A stretch of DNA of 64,000 nt, from sequence record ON568341.1, one strand, 5' to 3'. The position numbers were made by a program, and so were the translations under genes. The DNA is from Escherichia phage UE-S1. Positions 9,892 to 26,306 of the stretch are shown piece by piece; the stretch's first letter is position 1, and each line of letters starts with the position of its first letter. Under the pieces are notes generated by a model, which worked only from the letters and a program-made list of their open reading frames with translations, was not told where the DNA came from and did no database searches.

Positions 9892-10432
9892 AAAAATGAA
9901 ACAAGATCTATATACAATTCGTGCTTTGGAAAGTAAAGGGTATGATTTGGAAGAAGTCATTAAACTGAGTGAACAGGAAATTGATAATCTTGATTTATCA
10001 CATAAACTTATTCTAAATATCAAAGATTATAAACAGCGTGGTGCAAAACCCGTAGAAGAAATTAAAGAACAAATTGCCCAAGATATTAGTATCGATGAAG
10101 TATCTCGTAATGTACCACCAGAAGTAATTCAAGAGTATGCTGTTAATAGTGATGAGCAGATGAAAGTTTCTGACGAAGTTGAAACTATTGCAGAAGAACT
10201 TACTCCTGAAGTAGAAGAAGATGAAATTGTCATTGAGCGTGTAGTTTCTTCTAAAGAAGATTTGGACATTATCAAAGAAGCACTACAAACAAAAGAACTT
10301 AAAAGTGTATCCAGTTATGTAAAACATCTAAAATCTCTAGTTCCAGAGCAAATTCTATCTTCTGTTGATAGTTCAGTGGTATCTCAACTTATTAATGAGC
10401 GTATTACTGAAGTTAAAGAAAAAGCTAAATAA
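9860..10432 (+). CDS. hypothetical acidic protein (190 aa)
   Basis: ORF, Glu-rich; start may be an internal ATG. Confidence 0.45.
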   Translation: MEKLNQMEQHKKMKQDLYTIRALESKGYDLEEVIKLSEQEIDNLDLSHKLILNIKDYKQRGAKPVEEIKEQIAQDISIDEVSRNVPPEVIQEYAVNSDEQMKVSDEVETIAEELTPEVEEDEIVIERVVSSKEDLDIIKEALQTKELKSVSSYVKHLKSLVPEQILSSVDSSVVSQLINERITEVKEKAK

Positions 10433-10460
10433 TCCTATAATACTATAGGAGATAGTTTTT

Positions 10461-11042
10461 ATGGCACAACAACAAATTGCGTTACAACAAGTAAGAACTG
10501 GTAAACAACGAGATTTACCAGATGCATTAGAAAAAGGTCAGATAGGGTTCAGTACTGATGTGGGTCGTGTTTTCATCGGACTTCCATCATCATCTGACCC
10601 TGCCAGTTTAGTTGCTGGTAGAACGTGGTCAACTGACCCGAATTCGGGTAAAGAAAACGTAGAAATAATTACAGAATTTTCGCCGTGGCGAACGGTTTCT
10701 AAAATAATCAATAGACCGTTTAAAGTCGATCTTCCACAAAATCAAGAAAAAATTGAAGTTATTCTTGAAAGTGAAAGTCGAGTGTTTATTGATTATATTG
10801 CATATAATGATTCTGAAGAAGTATTGGAATCTGGAACAGTGCAAATTGTAGCTATTGGAAGCAAAGCAATGTTTGCACAGTCTAATAATACAAATCGAAA
10901 TGATGCAATTATCTCTATTTCATTTGAAGATCCTGCATATGATTCCACAACTGGAAATATGCAATTTAACATAGTAAATTCGGATTATTTAAATTCAGGA
11001 TATCATATAGAATTTGTATATCGTGGGTGGGACAAACCTTAA
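10461..11042 (+). CDS. hypothetical protein (193 aa)
   Basis: ORF followed directly by an intrinsic terminator. Confidence 0.5.
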   Translation: MAQQQIALQQVRTGKQRDLPDALEKGQIGFSTDVGRVFIGLPSSSDPASLVAGRTWSTDPNSGKENVEIITEFSPWRTVSKIINRPFKVDLPQNQEKIEVILESESRVFIDYIAYNDSEEVLESGTVQIVAIGSKAMFAQSNNTNRNDAIISISFEDPAYDSTTGNMQFNIVNSDYLNSGYHIEFVYRGWDKP

Positions 11043-11064
11043 AAGGCGGTCCCGCCTTTTTCTT
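11041..11064 (+). terminator. intrinsic terminator
   Basis: AAAAGGCGGtcCCGCCTTTTT: GC-rich hairpin plus T-run immediately after the stop at 11042. Confidence 0.7.
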
Positions 11065-11107
11065 CCACTAAAAAAAGAAATTTACATCAAAAAAACAAGG
11101 ATGACAC

Positions 11108-13426
11108 ATGATTAACGTAACCAAGCGTAATGGAATGAAAGAACCGTTATCATTGGATAAGATCCATCAGATTTTATTTTTCGCTGCTGAAGGTCTAAGT
11201 GGTGTTTCAGTTTCTGAAATTGAAATTCGTGCACAACTTCAGTTTTATGAGGGTATTGAAACCAGTACTATTCATGATATTCTGATTAAAGCAGCCGCAG
11301 AACTTATTTCAGAAGATACACCAAATTATCAATATGTTGCTGGTAGGCTATTAAATTATAGTATTCGTAAGCAAGTGTATGGACAGTATGACCCGATTAA
11401 ATATGCTGCTCATCTTCAAGAAATGGTTGATATCAAAATATATGATCCTGAAATTCTTGAAAAATATACTCTTCAAGAAATAGAAGAGCTTGGGCGTTAC
11501 ATCAAACATAAACGTGACGATAAATTTACTTATGTTGCAATGCGACAATGGGAAGGAAAATACCTTTACAAAAACCGCGTTACTAAGAAAATTTACGAAA
11601 CTCCACAAATGGCATATATGACTATTGCAGCAATCATCTTTATGGAATATGATCGTTCCGTTCGTATGTCATATGTTAAAAAGTTTTATGATGCAGTAAG
11701 TAACTTTGACATTAGTCTTCCTACACCTATTATGGCTGGTCTACGTACAAACACCCGCCAGTTTAGCTCTTGTGTAGTGCTAAATGTTGGTGACAGCTTG
11801 GATAGTATTGGTTCATCTAATCACGCCATTCTACGTTATATTTCACGTAAAGCTGGCCTTGGTATTAATATGGGCCGCATTCGTGCCCTGGACTCCGAGA
11901 TTCGTTCAGGTGATGCAGTACATACTGGATTGATTCCGTTCATTGCAGCTACTGCTAAAACTGTTAAAAGCTGTTCACAAGGTGGTGTTCGTGGTGGAGC
12001 AGCAACTGTTCACTTTCCATTATGGCATTTGGAATTTGATAACTTGGTAGTTCTTAAAAACAACAAAGGTACTGAGTTTAACCGTGTACGTCAACTGGAC
12101 TATTGTTTCCAAGTAAACAAAACTTTGTATCAACGTTTGGTTGATGGAAAGAATATCACGTTCTTTAGTCCTAATGAAGTTCCTGGGTTATATGAAGCAT
12201 TCTGCTCCAATCAAAAAGAATTTGAAAAACTATATAAAAAATACGAATCTGACCAAAGTATCCGTAAAAAATCCGTACCTGCCGTTGAAGTATTCAGTAC
12301 TTTAATGACGGAACGTGCAGAAACTGGTCGTATATATATTCAAAATATTGACCATGCAAACACTCATTCAACATTTATTGAATCAATTGCACCTATCGAA
12401 CAATCCAACTTGTGTCAAGAAATCGCACTACCATCTGTTCCATTTGATGACATTAATACTGGTGAAGGTTTGATTAGTTTATGTACCTTGAGTGCAATCA
12501 ACTGGGGCAACTTTGACCGTCCAGAAGAGATGGAAACTGCATGTGATCTTTCTGTTCGTGCTCTTGATTCATTATTGGACTACCAAGACTACCCAGTAAT
12601 TCATGCAGACAGAGCAACCAAAATGTATCGTCCACTAGGTGTTGGTATTATTAACTTTGCATACTTCCTTGCTAAACGTGGTTTACGTTATGATGAAGCA
12701 GCATTGGAAACCGTTAACGAGTGGGCTGAAGCATGGTCTTACTATCTAATTAAATCTTCTGTACAGCTTGCTAAAGAGAAAGGTAAATGTGAAGGATTTG
12801 ATAATCTAAAATATGCCAAAGGTATCCTTCCAATTGATACTTATAAGTCTGACATTGATGAATTAGTAACTAAAGAACTAAAACAAGATTGGGAATCTTT
12901 ACGTGCAGATATTAAAGAATATGGTATTCGTAACGCAACAACAATGGCATTAATGCCAGCAGAAACAAGTGCACAAATTAGTAACAGTACTAACGGTATT
13001 GAAAAGCCACGTTCTCTTGTAACTAAGAAACTATCTAAGGATGGTATTCTTAAACAAGTAGTTCCAGAAATTAATAAGTTGAAAAACAAATATGATTTAC
13101 TATGGGATCAGAAAGATAACATTGGTTATCTACAAATTTGTGGTGTTCTACAAAAATACATTGACCAAAGTATCAGTGTTAATACCAGTTATAACCCAGC
13201 ACACTTCCCTGATGGGAAGTTACCAATGTCAACTCTCCTAACTGAGCTTATGTATGCATATAAGGTTGGTTTGAAAAATCTTTATTATCATAATACAAAT
13301 GATGGTTCAGATGAAGTAGACGTTGAGAAAGTACTGAAAGAAGCAGCAAAGCCAGAATCAGGACAGTTTGTCTTACCTACATTACCAGACTTAGATGAAG
13401 GTGATTGTGATAGCTGTAAAATCTAA
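11108..13426 (+). CDS. nrdA: ribonucleotide reductase class Ia large subunit
   Basis: 772 aa; N-terminal ATP-cone-like segment, active-site NLCQEI, C-terminal Cys pair CDSCKI; followed by nrdB. Confidence 0.9.
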   Translation: MINVTKRNGMKEPLSLDKIHQILFFAAEGLSGVSVSEIEIRAQLQFYEGIETSTIHDILIKAAAELISEDTPNYQYVAGRLLNYSIRKQVYGQYDPIKYAAHLQEMVDIKIYDPEILEKYTLQEIEELGRYIKHKRDDKFTYVAMRQWEGKYLYKNRVTKKIYETPQMAYMTIAAIIFMEYDRSVRMSYVKKFYDAVSNFDISLPTPIMAGLRTNTRQFSSCVVLNVGDSLDSIGSSNHAILRYISRKAGLGINMGRIRALDSEIRSGDAVHTGLIPFIAATAKTVKSCSQGGVRGGAATVHFPLWHLEFDNLVVLKNNKGTEFNRVRQLDYCFQVNKTLYQRLVDGKNITFFSPNEVPGLYEAFCSNQKEFEKLYKKYESDQSIRKKSVPAVEVFSTLMTERAETGRIYIQNIDHANTHSTFIESIAPIEQSNLCQEIALPSVPFDDINTGEGLISLCTLSAINWGNFDRPEEMETACDLSVRALDSLLDYQDYPVIHADRATKMYRPLGVGIINFAYFLAKRGLRYDEAALETVNEWAEAWSYYLIKSSVQLAKEKGKCEGFDNLKYAKGILPIDTYKSDIDELVTKELKQDWESLRADIKEYGIRNATTMALMPAETSAQISNSTNGIEKPRSLVTKKLSKDGILKQVVPEINKLKNKYDLLWDQKDNIGYLQICGVLQKYIDQSISVNTSYNPAHFPDGKLPMSTLLTELMYAYKVGLKNLYYHNTNDGSDEVDVEKVLKEAAKPESGQFVLPTLPDLDEGDCDSCKI

Positions 13427-13432
13427 ATAAAG

Positions 13433-13457
13433 ATCCCGCCACGGCGGGATTGTTTTT
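13433..13457 (+). terminator. intrinsic terminator
   Basis: ATCCCGCCacGGCGGGAT hairpin followed by TGTTTTT, directly after nrdA stop. Confidence 0.7.
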
Positions 13458-13471
13458 AACGGGGTGATATA

Positions 13472-14245
13472 ATGAAAGTAGATTATTTTAAACCAATTAG
13501 TATTGGTTTCATTGAGGAATTTTGGGATGATTTGGACATGGATATGATTGTCCGTCATCAAAAGCTTCCAGACGATTTCATTAAGAAGCATTTTGATAAA
13601 ATGAACCCTAACATGTTGGTTCGTTATCAAACCATGTCGATTGATTTCATAAAAGAAAAATGGGAATGGTTTGATAAGAACATTTTGGCAACATATGTTG
13701 TCATGCCACTAGAACTCATTAAAGAGAAGTGGTATGATTTTAAAGATAACTTTCTTGGAACAGTTGCAAAATACCAAAAAATGTCATTGGATTTTATCCA
13801 AGAAAAATGGGATGACTTTGTAGAGTTTAAAAATGGCGTAATGTCAGAAATCTCACGTTACCAAAAACTAACTTTGGATTTCATACAAGAGAAGTGGGAA
13901 TATATAGATAAGAATTATATTTCTTATTATCAAACTTTAACTGTTGATTTCATCAAAGACAACTTGGAAGAACTTAATGTTGCTGCGGTATCTGCATTCC
14001 AAATTATTTCTGATGATGTTCGAAATCTTATGGGATTGGATGCACCAGCAGCAACCATTACAGGAAACCAAATATTAGCTCTAGACCCGTGTCCAGAGGG
14101 TATGGCACGATATAACGCCCATACCCCTGATAACACAACGGTACTGACATGGAATGAATTATTACAAAAACACTTGGGTACACAGGAAGGAATTCGTGAT
14201 ATCCATTGGCTGTCTTATAAACTAGGACATAACATCAATACATAA
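13472..14245 (+). CDS. tandem-repeat protein (about 7 repeats of a DFI(K/Q)EKW-containing unit), function unknown
   Basis: Periodic repeats, e.g. KLPDDFIKKHFDK, TMSIDFIKEKWEWFDKN, KMSLDFIQEKWDDF, KLTLDFIQEKWEYIDKN, TLTVDFIKDNLEE; sits between nrdA and nrdB. Confidence 0.55.
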   Translation: MKVDYFKPISIGFIEEFWDDLDMDMIVRHQKLPDDFIKKHFDKMNPNMLVRYQTMSIDFIKEKWEWFDKNILATYVVMPLELIKEKWYDFKDNFLGTVAKYQKMSLDFIQEKWDDFVEFKNGVMSEISRYQKLTLDFIQEKWEYIDKNYISYYQTLTVDFIKDNLEELNVAAVSAFQIISDDVRNLMGLDAPAATITGNQILALDPCPEGMARYNAHTPDNTTVLTWNELLQKHLGTQEGIRDIHWLSYKLGHNINT

Positions 14246-14264
14246 TATATAAGGAAATATATAA

Positions 14265-15389
14265 ATGTCCGTTTTTAAAATTAACGAAAAATCACACTTA
14301 GAAAAAAATATGTTTTTTGATGAAAGTGTTGACATTCAACGATTTGAAAGTGTAAAATATTCAGCACTAGAGAAACTAACTGAACAACAAAAAAGTTTCT
14401 TCTGGACCCCAGGAGAAGTTGATGTATCTAAAGATAAAATTGATTTTGCCAACCTTAATGATTCAGAGAAGCACATTTTTACCTCTAACTTGAAGCGTCA
14501 AATTCTTCTTGATTCTGTACAAGGTCGTGGCCCAAACTTAATGTTACTACCATATGCATCTCTACCGGAACTAGAGAACTTTATTGAGACATGGGCATTC
14601 TTTGAAGGTGCGATTCATAGTAAATCATACACTCATATTATTCGTAACATTTATCCTAATCCATCTGAAGTGTTTGATACTATGTTGGACATTCCAGAAA
14701 TCACCGATTGTGCGGCTGATGTATCTAAGTATTATGATGAACTAGATGAGCTAGGTACATGGTATAAAGTTCTGGGTAAAGGAACTCACAATGTCAATGG
14801 TAAAACTATTGTCGTTGATATGTACGAACTTAAAAAGAAAATGTGGTTGTGTCTGAATAGTATTAACATTCTTGAAGGTGTGCGTTTTTACGCAAGTTTT
14901 GCCTGTTCGTGGGCTTACGCTGAAAATAAACTTATGGAAGGTAATGCTAAAATTATTCGTCTAATTTGTCGTGATGAAAATTTACACTTAGCGGCAACAC
15001 AAATGATTCTCCGACTACTCAAGAAAGAAGATCTAGACTTTGCAAAAATCGCAGAAGAGTGCTATGATGAAGTACTGGAAATGTTTATGTCTGCAATTCG
15101 TCAAGAAGAAGCTTGGGCAGACTTCCTTTTTAAAGATGGTTCAATCATTGGTCTGAATGCAGAAATCCTAAAACAATATGTTCGCTGGATTGGTTCTAAA
15201 CGTATGTCGGCACTAGGAATTAAATGTCCATATACTGTATCTAAGAGCAACCCACTACCTTGGACTGAGCATTGGGTTAGTGGTGGTTCAGTACAAGTTG
15301 CACCACAAGAAACGGAAATAAGTTCTTACATCATTGGTGGTATTGTGAATGATATCCAAGGAGATACATTTACACCATTCAAACTATAA
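14265..15389 (+). CDS. nrdB: ribonucleotide reductase class Ia small subunit
   Basis: 374 aa; ferritin-like di-iron signature region FFEGAIHSKSYT; directly downstream of nrdA. Confidence 0.85.
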   Translation: MSVFKINEKSHLEKNMFFDESVDIQRFESVKYSALEKLTEQQKSFFWTPGEVDVSKDKIDFANLNDSEKHIFTSNLKRQILLDSVQGRGPNLMLLPYASLPELENFIETWAFFEGAIHSKSYTHIIRNIYPNPSEVFDTMLDIPEITDCAADVSKYYDELDELGTWYKVLGKGTHNVNGKTIVVDMYELKKKMWLCLNSINILEGVRFYASFACSWAYAENKLMEGNAKIIRLICRDENLHLAATQMILRLLKKEDLDFAKIAEECYDEVLEMFMSAIRQEEAWADFLFKDGSIIGLNAEILKQYVRWIGSKRMSALGIKCPYTVSKSNPLPWTEHWVSGGSVQVAPQETEISSYIIGGIVNDIQGDTFTPFKL

Positions 15390-15403
15390 ATTCAAACTAT
15401 AAA

Positions 15404-15427
15404 GGGATTCATAGAATCCCTTTTCTT
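15404..15427 (+). terminator. intrinsic terminator
   Basis: GGGATTCataGAATCCC hairpin plus TTTTCTT after nrdB stop. Confidence 0.7.
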
Positions 15428-15552
15428 ATGGGTATAATATATGAAAGATATTTTTACAATAGATGCAAATGTTATATATGATTTTTATCTTACTGGGGGT
15501 GTGAAGGTAACGGGTACTGTGATTGATGTTTGTGATAATGGTATAATCTTAA

Positions 15553-17043
<1,491 letters not shown>

Positions 17044-17044
17044 T

Positions 17045-17076
17045 AAAAAAAGGAGCAACATTTTGTTGCTCCTTTA
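17045..17076. terminator. bidirectional intrinsic terminator between convergent genes
   Basis: AAAAAAAGGAGCAACAttttGTTGCTCCTTT: 9-bp stem flanked by an A-run and a short T-run; between the + gene ending 17043 and the - gene ending 17079. Confidence 0.65.
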
Positions 17077-17078
17077 GC

Positions 17079-18481
<1,403 letters not shown>

Positions 18482-18566
18482 TGTTAATCTCCAATCGTAT
18501 TGTTATTTTTATAAAGTATTTACCCATTTTTATGTTTTATATAGTTTATATGGAGAAAGAAGTAAT

Positions 18567-19869
<1,303 letters not shown>

Positions 19870-19896
19870 CTTGAAATGTAGAAATCAGTCGAGGGA

Positions 19897-21240
19897 ATGA
19901 TGAGTAAAATTAAGCTTACGGATAAGCAACAAGAAATCTTTGATGATTTTATAGATCGTGTTTACAACTATGCAGGTAAGACAATTTCAGTTTTATCTGC
20001 ACCAGCAGGAACTGGAAAAACATTCACTACCGCTGAGATTGTAAAAGCATTATGTAAAAACTATAATATTGCAGTAACTTCACCTACACATAAAGCCAAT
20101 GCGGTTATTCGCAATATGCTAATTAACAATGCTGGTCTTACTAAGGAAGACGCACAAGTTAGTACTATACATTCTTTTTTAGGATTGAAATTAGTATATG
20201 AAAAGAATCGTCAAGTACTAAAACATGACCCACAGAGTAAAGTCAGCAACACGAACGTTGATATTCTTATTGTTGATGAGTGTAGTATGATTTCAGATGA
20301 ACTATTTCAGCATATACAGGACCAATTGTGGCGTGTCCGTCGAGCAGTTTTATTCATTGGTGATCGTTGTCAGTTACCACCAGTTGAGTCGGAAGGTACG
20401 ATGGGGGAGACTAAATTGTCCCCTACATTTGATGTGCCTGTTCAGTATGAATTAACTGAGGTTTTACGCCAAGCATTGGATAATCCTATTCTGGCAATTG
20501 CAACTGCAATTCGTGAGTGTATTGGGACTAGTAAAAATCCATTTGATATTATGCACCAAACCCATGGGTTGAGCACTATTACACCTATAGATGATGAAGA
20601 TTTATTTCTAAATGTTTATCGTGAATTTATAATGGAAAATAAGGGGTCATCTAAAAAAATATTTGATTTTGTAAATGAAAATAAAATTCTAGCATACACA
20701 AATTATAGAGTTAATTTGGCTAATATTTACATTAGAAGTCAATTATTTGAAGTTCCAGATGAATTTACTAAAGGTGAACCAATTGTTTTTGAAAGTATAA
20801 CTGAGAATAGCCCTTATGTAGTACAACAAATAATTCAATGTCCTGAAGTAAAACGTGAAAGTTTTATGGGTATTGATTGTTGGCAATTCCGTTTACCAAA
20901 TGGTAGTTATATTTTGGGTGTAGGACCAGAGACAAGAATTGCGATGGACGAAAAACTTGATAAACTTGTTAAGGATATTGAGAAAAAAGAAATAAACCCA
21001 TTGACAAAGAAACCATATATGTGGCAGGATTATTATGTTATAAAGAATAAATTACATATCATTAATTATCCGTATGCAACAACTGTTCATAAATCGCAAG
21101 GAAGTACTTTTGACAACATTTGGTTTGACACTGATTTTATTGAACGCATAGGAACTAATGATACGAAGTGTAGAATTTTATACACAGCAATGACCCGTCC
21201 TAGATATAGTGTTATTCTGAGACAGAACGCCCGATTCTAA
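19897..21240 (+). CDS. dda: SF1B DNA helicase (Dda/RecD-like)
   Basis: Walker A APAGTGKTF, Walker B ILIVDECSM, C-terminal TVHKSQGSTFD motif. Confidence 0.8.
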   Translation: MMSKIKLTDKQQEIFDDFIDRVYNYAGKTISVLSAPAGTGKTFTTAEIVKALCKNYNIAVTSPTHKANAVIRNMLINNAGLTKEDAQVSTIHSFLGLKLVYEKNRQVLKHDPQSKVSNTNVDILIVDECSMISDELFQHIQDQLWRVRRAVLFIGDRCQLPPVESEGTMGETKLSPTFDVPVQYELTEVLRQALDNPILAIATAIRECIGTSKNPFDIMHQTHGLSTITPIDDEDLFLNVYREFIMENKGSSKKIFDFVNENKILAYTNYRVNLANIYIRSQLFEVPDEFTKGEPIVFESITENSPYVVQQIIQCPEVKRESFMGIDCWQFRLPNGSYILGVGPETRIAMDEKLDKLVKDIEKKEINPLTKKPYMWQDYYVIKNKLHIINYPYATTVHKSQGSTFDNIWFDTDFIERIGTNDTKCRILYTAMTRPRYSVILRQNARF

Positions 21241-21323
21241 CATACTAAATAATATACTTAAATATTTTTGATTTTTAATCATAAATAATCAAAAGTGTTT
21301 TGTATTATGGAGAAGAATATACA

Positions 21324-21890
21324 ATGAACAATTTACTACATGTATTTAAAATTGAAGTTGCAGGAACGAATCTAGATAATATCCCATATTATATGTATGG
21401 TGATTATGATTCATCTTCTACAACTACTGCCCCAACCGATAAGCAAACTACTGATAAATCAGTTGCACTTTTGCGTTATCTACAACTTTCACGCTTGTTA
21501 TCAACATATTCAGTACCAGTTTATAGTAATGTTGAGTTTTCTACACAAGGAACTGCCAAAACTATCCCATCTGATGCAACTATTACAGTAGGGTATATTA
21601 GTTATCAACCGTTTCTTAGCACCCTGAGTGATGTAGAACTAGCTAAATTAACAACTGAAGATATGAAAACAGAGAAAGCTGCTGAAATTATTCAAAATCT
21701 AATTAATGATTCATTGAAAGGTAACGGCAAAACGGCTATTGTTAATGAAGAAGTCACTGTACAAAAAACTATCAAACGAAACAAAAATGCACTAAGCACT
21801 GATGAAGTTGAATTCATTGAGTATGAGAATGTGTTCCTTGATGTTCCCTCCATTGAGGATGCATCAGTAGTATCTTACGTTAAATTATAA
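21324..21890 (+). CDS. hypothetical protein
   Basis: Track ORF 21300-21890; in-frame ATG at 21324. Confidence 0.45.
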   Translation: MNNLLHVFKIEVAGTNLDNIPYYMYGDYDSSSTTTAPTDKQTTDKSVALLRYLQLSRLLSTYSVPVYSNVEFSTQGTAKTIPSDATITVGYISYQPFLSTLSDVELAKLTTEDMKTEKAAEIIQNLINDSLKGNGKTAIVNEEVTVQKTIKRNKNALSTDEVEFIEYENVFLDVPSIEDASVVSYVKL

Positions 21891-21913
21891 TTTTATAATA
21901 TGGAGTTCTTGAC

Positions 21914-22108
21914 ATGGCAGACAAAACATTTTATGATCGTATTATTGAAGACAAGGGAGTTTTTGATAAGGTAGTTTATGACTTGGAACTTATGATCAAA
22001 GACGCACCAAATCCACGAGTACGAACACAAGCAGAATTTGCAAAAACTTATCTTGTTCAAGTTCAAGCAATCTGTGAAGCAATTAAACAACACAATGATA
22101 GAACTTGA
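21914..22108 (+). CDS. hypothetical small protein (64 aa)
   Basis: Plus-strand ORF preferred over the overlapping minus-strand ORF 21893-22117 on strand consistency. Confidence 0.4.
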   Translation: MADKTFYDRIIEDKGVFDKVVYDLELMIKDAPNPRVRTQAEFAKTYLVQVQAICEAIKQHNDRT

Positions 22109-22133
22109 CAGAACCAACGTTCTATCCTATAAT
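22105..22133 (+). promoter_or_regulatory. consensus sigma70-type promoter (TTGACA-17-TATAAT)
   Basis: TTGACA at 22105-22110, 17-bp spacer, TATAAT at 22128-22133, upstream of IF3 homolog. Confidence 0.6.
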
Positions 22134-22177
22134 TACTATTGAACAAAACATTAAAATCATATTGGAGCTTTTATTAC

Positions 22178-23240
<1,063 letters not shown>

Positions 23241-23251
23241 AATATAGATTA

Positions 23252-25416
<2,165 letters not shown>

Positions 25417-25417
<1 letters not shown>

Positions 25418-26208
25418 TGCCAAGCAAAAGTAAAAAACAGGCTAAATTCTTTGCTATAGCAGCACATGATCCAGAATTTGCAAAGAAAGCAGGAATTTCA
25501 CAAAGTACGGCTAAAGAATGGAATGCTGCTGATGAAAAGAAAGGGTATCTCAAAAAAAGTTCTGAACTTCCAGATAAAGTAAAAGAATCAAGTATGCGTA
25601 GTTTAGTAGATATTGTACAAGATGCTGAATTGGCTGATACAGACAACAGAACTTGTGATATAATGGATGCTTGTGATGAAGACAAAGATACATTGGAAGA
25701 AATGCCACAACGTTTTGATAGTTTCCAAGGCCAAGACCGAGACGAGTTTGTTGACAAAACGGCTGAAATGACGGGTAAACATAACATGGTTAAGTTCTCT
25801 GACCACAAAGACTATGATGTGTATATGAACAAAAACGGAACTGGATTTATTGCTTACGATAAGTCTGGTAAACAGCTTGCTATTGTTAGTGGGCATTTTT
25901 CAAATGATGCGGTGCTTGGTGTTCAAAATGTATTTGAAATTTCTGCTACTGCTTCTAAAACTGGAACTAAAGGTATAATTTATACTATCTTCATGGATAT
26001 GGTATCACGTGGTATGAAAGTTCTGAGTGATAATCTTCATACTGATGATGCAATTAAATTTTGGACACGTTTAATTGGTTCCCACCAAGTTTATATTGTT
26101 GGTGGTGGTGAAGTACTTGCAAAGGCGAGTCCAGATAAGGTTCATAAGTACTGGAGTGATGATGAATCAAGTCCAAGTGCGGAACTACAACTTATGTTAG
26201 TAAAATAA
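25417..26208 (+). CDS. hypothetical protein (263 aa)
   Basis: ORF; start overlaps previous stop; followed by terminator. Confidence 0.5.
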
Positions 26209-26213
26209 TAAAA

Positions 26214-26244
26214 ATATCGGGGCTAGATGTCCCGATATTTTTTT
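26214..26244 (+). terminator. intrinsic terminator
   Basis: ATATCGGGgctagatgtCCCGATAT hairpin followed by TTTTTTT. Confidence 0.7.
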
Positions 26245-26306
26245 GAGACAGAAATAACATTGGTGATACAATGTTGTATGACAAAGAGACATGATAAGGA
26301 ATTCAA

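Noticed and set aside
11108-15389. Group I intron or intein within nrdA or nrdB (common in T4-like phages)
   Set aside because: Both genes are single continuous ORFs of normal length (772 and 374 aa) with motifs in normal order; the intervening gene at 13472-14245 lies between them, not within them.
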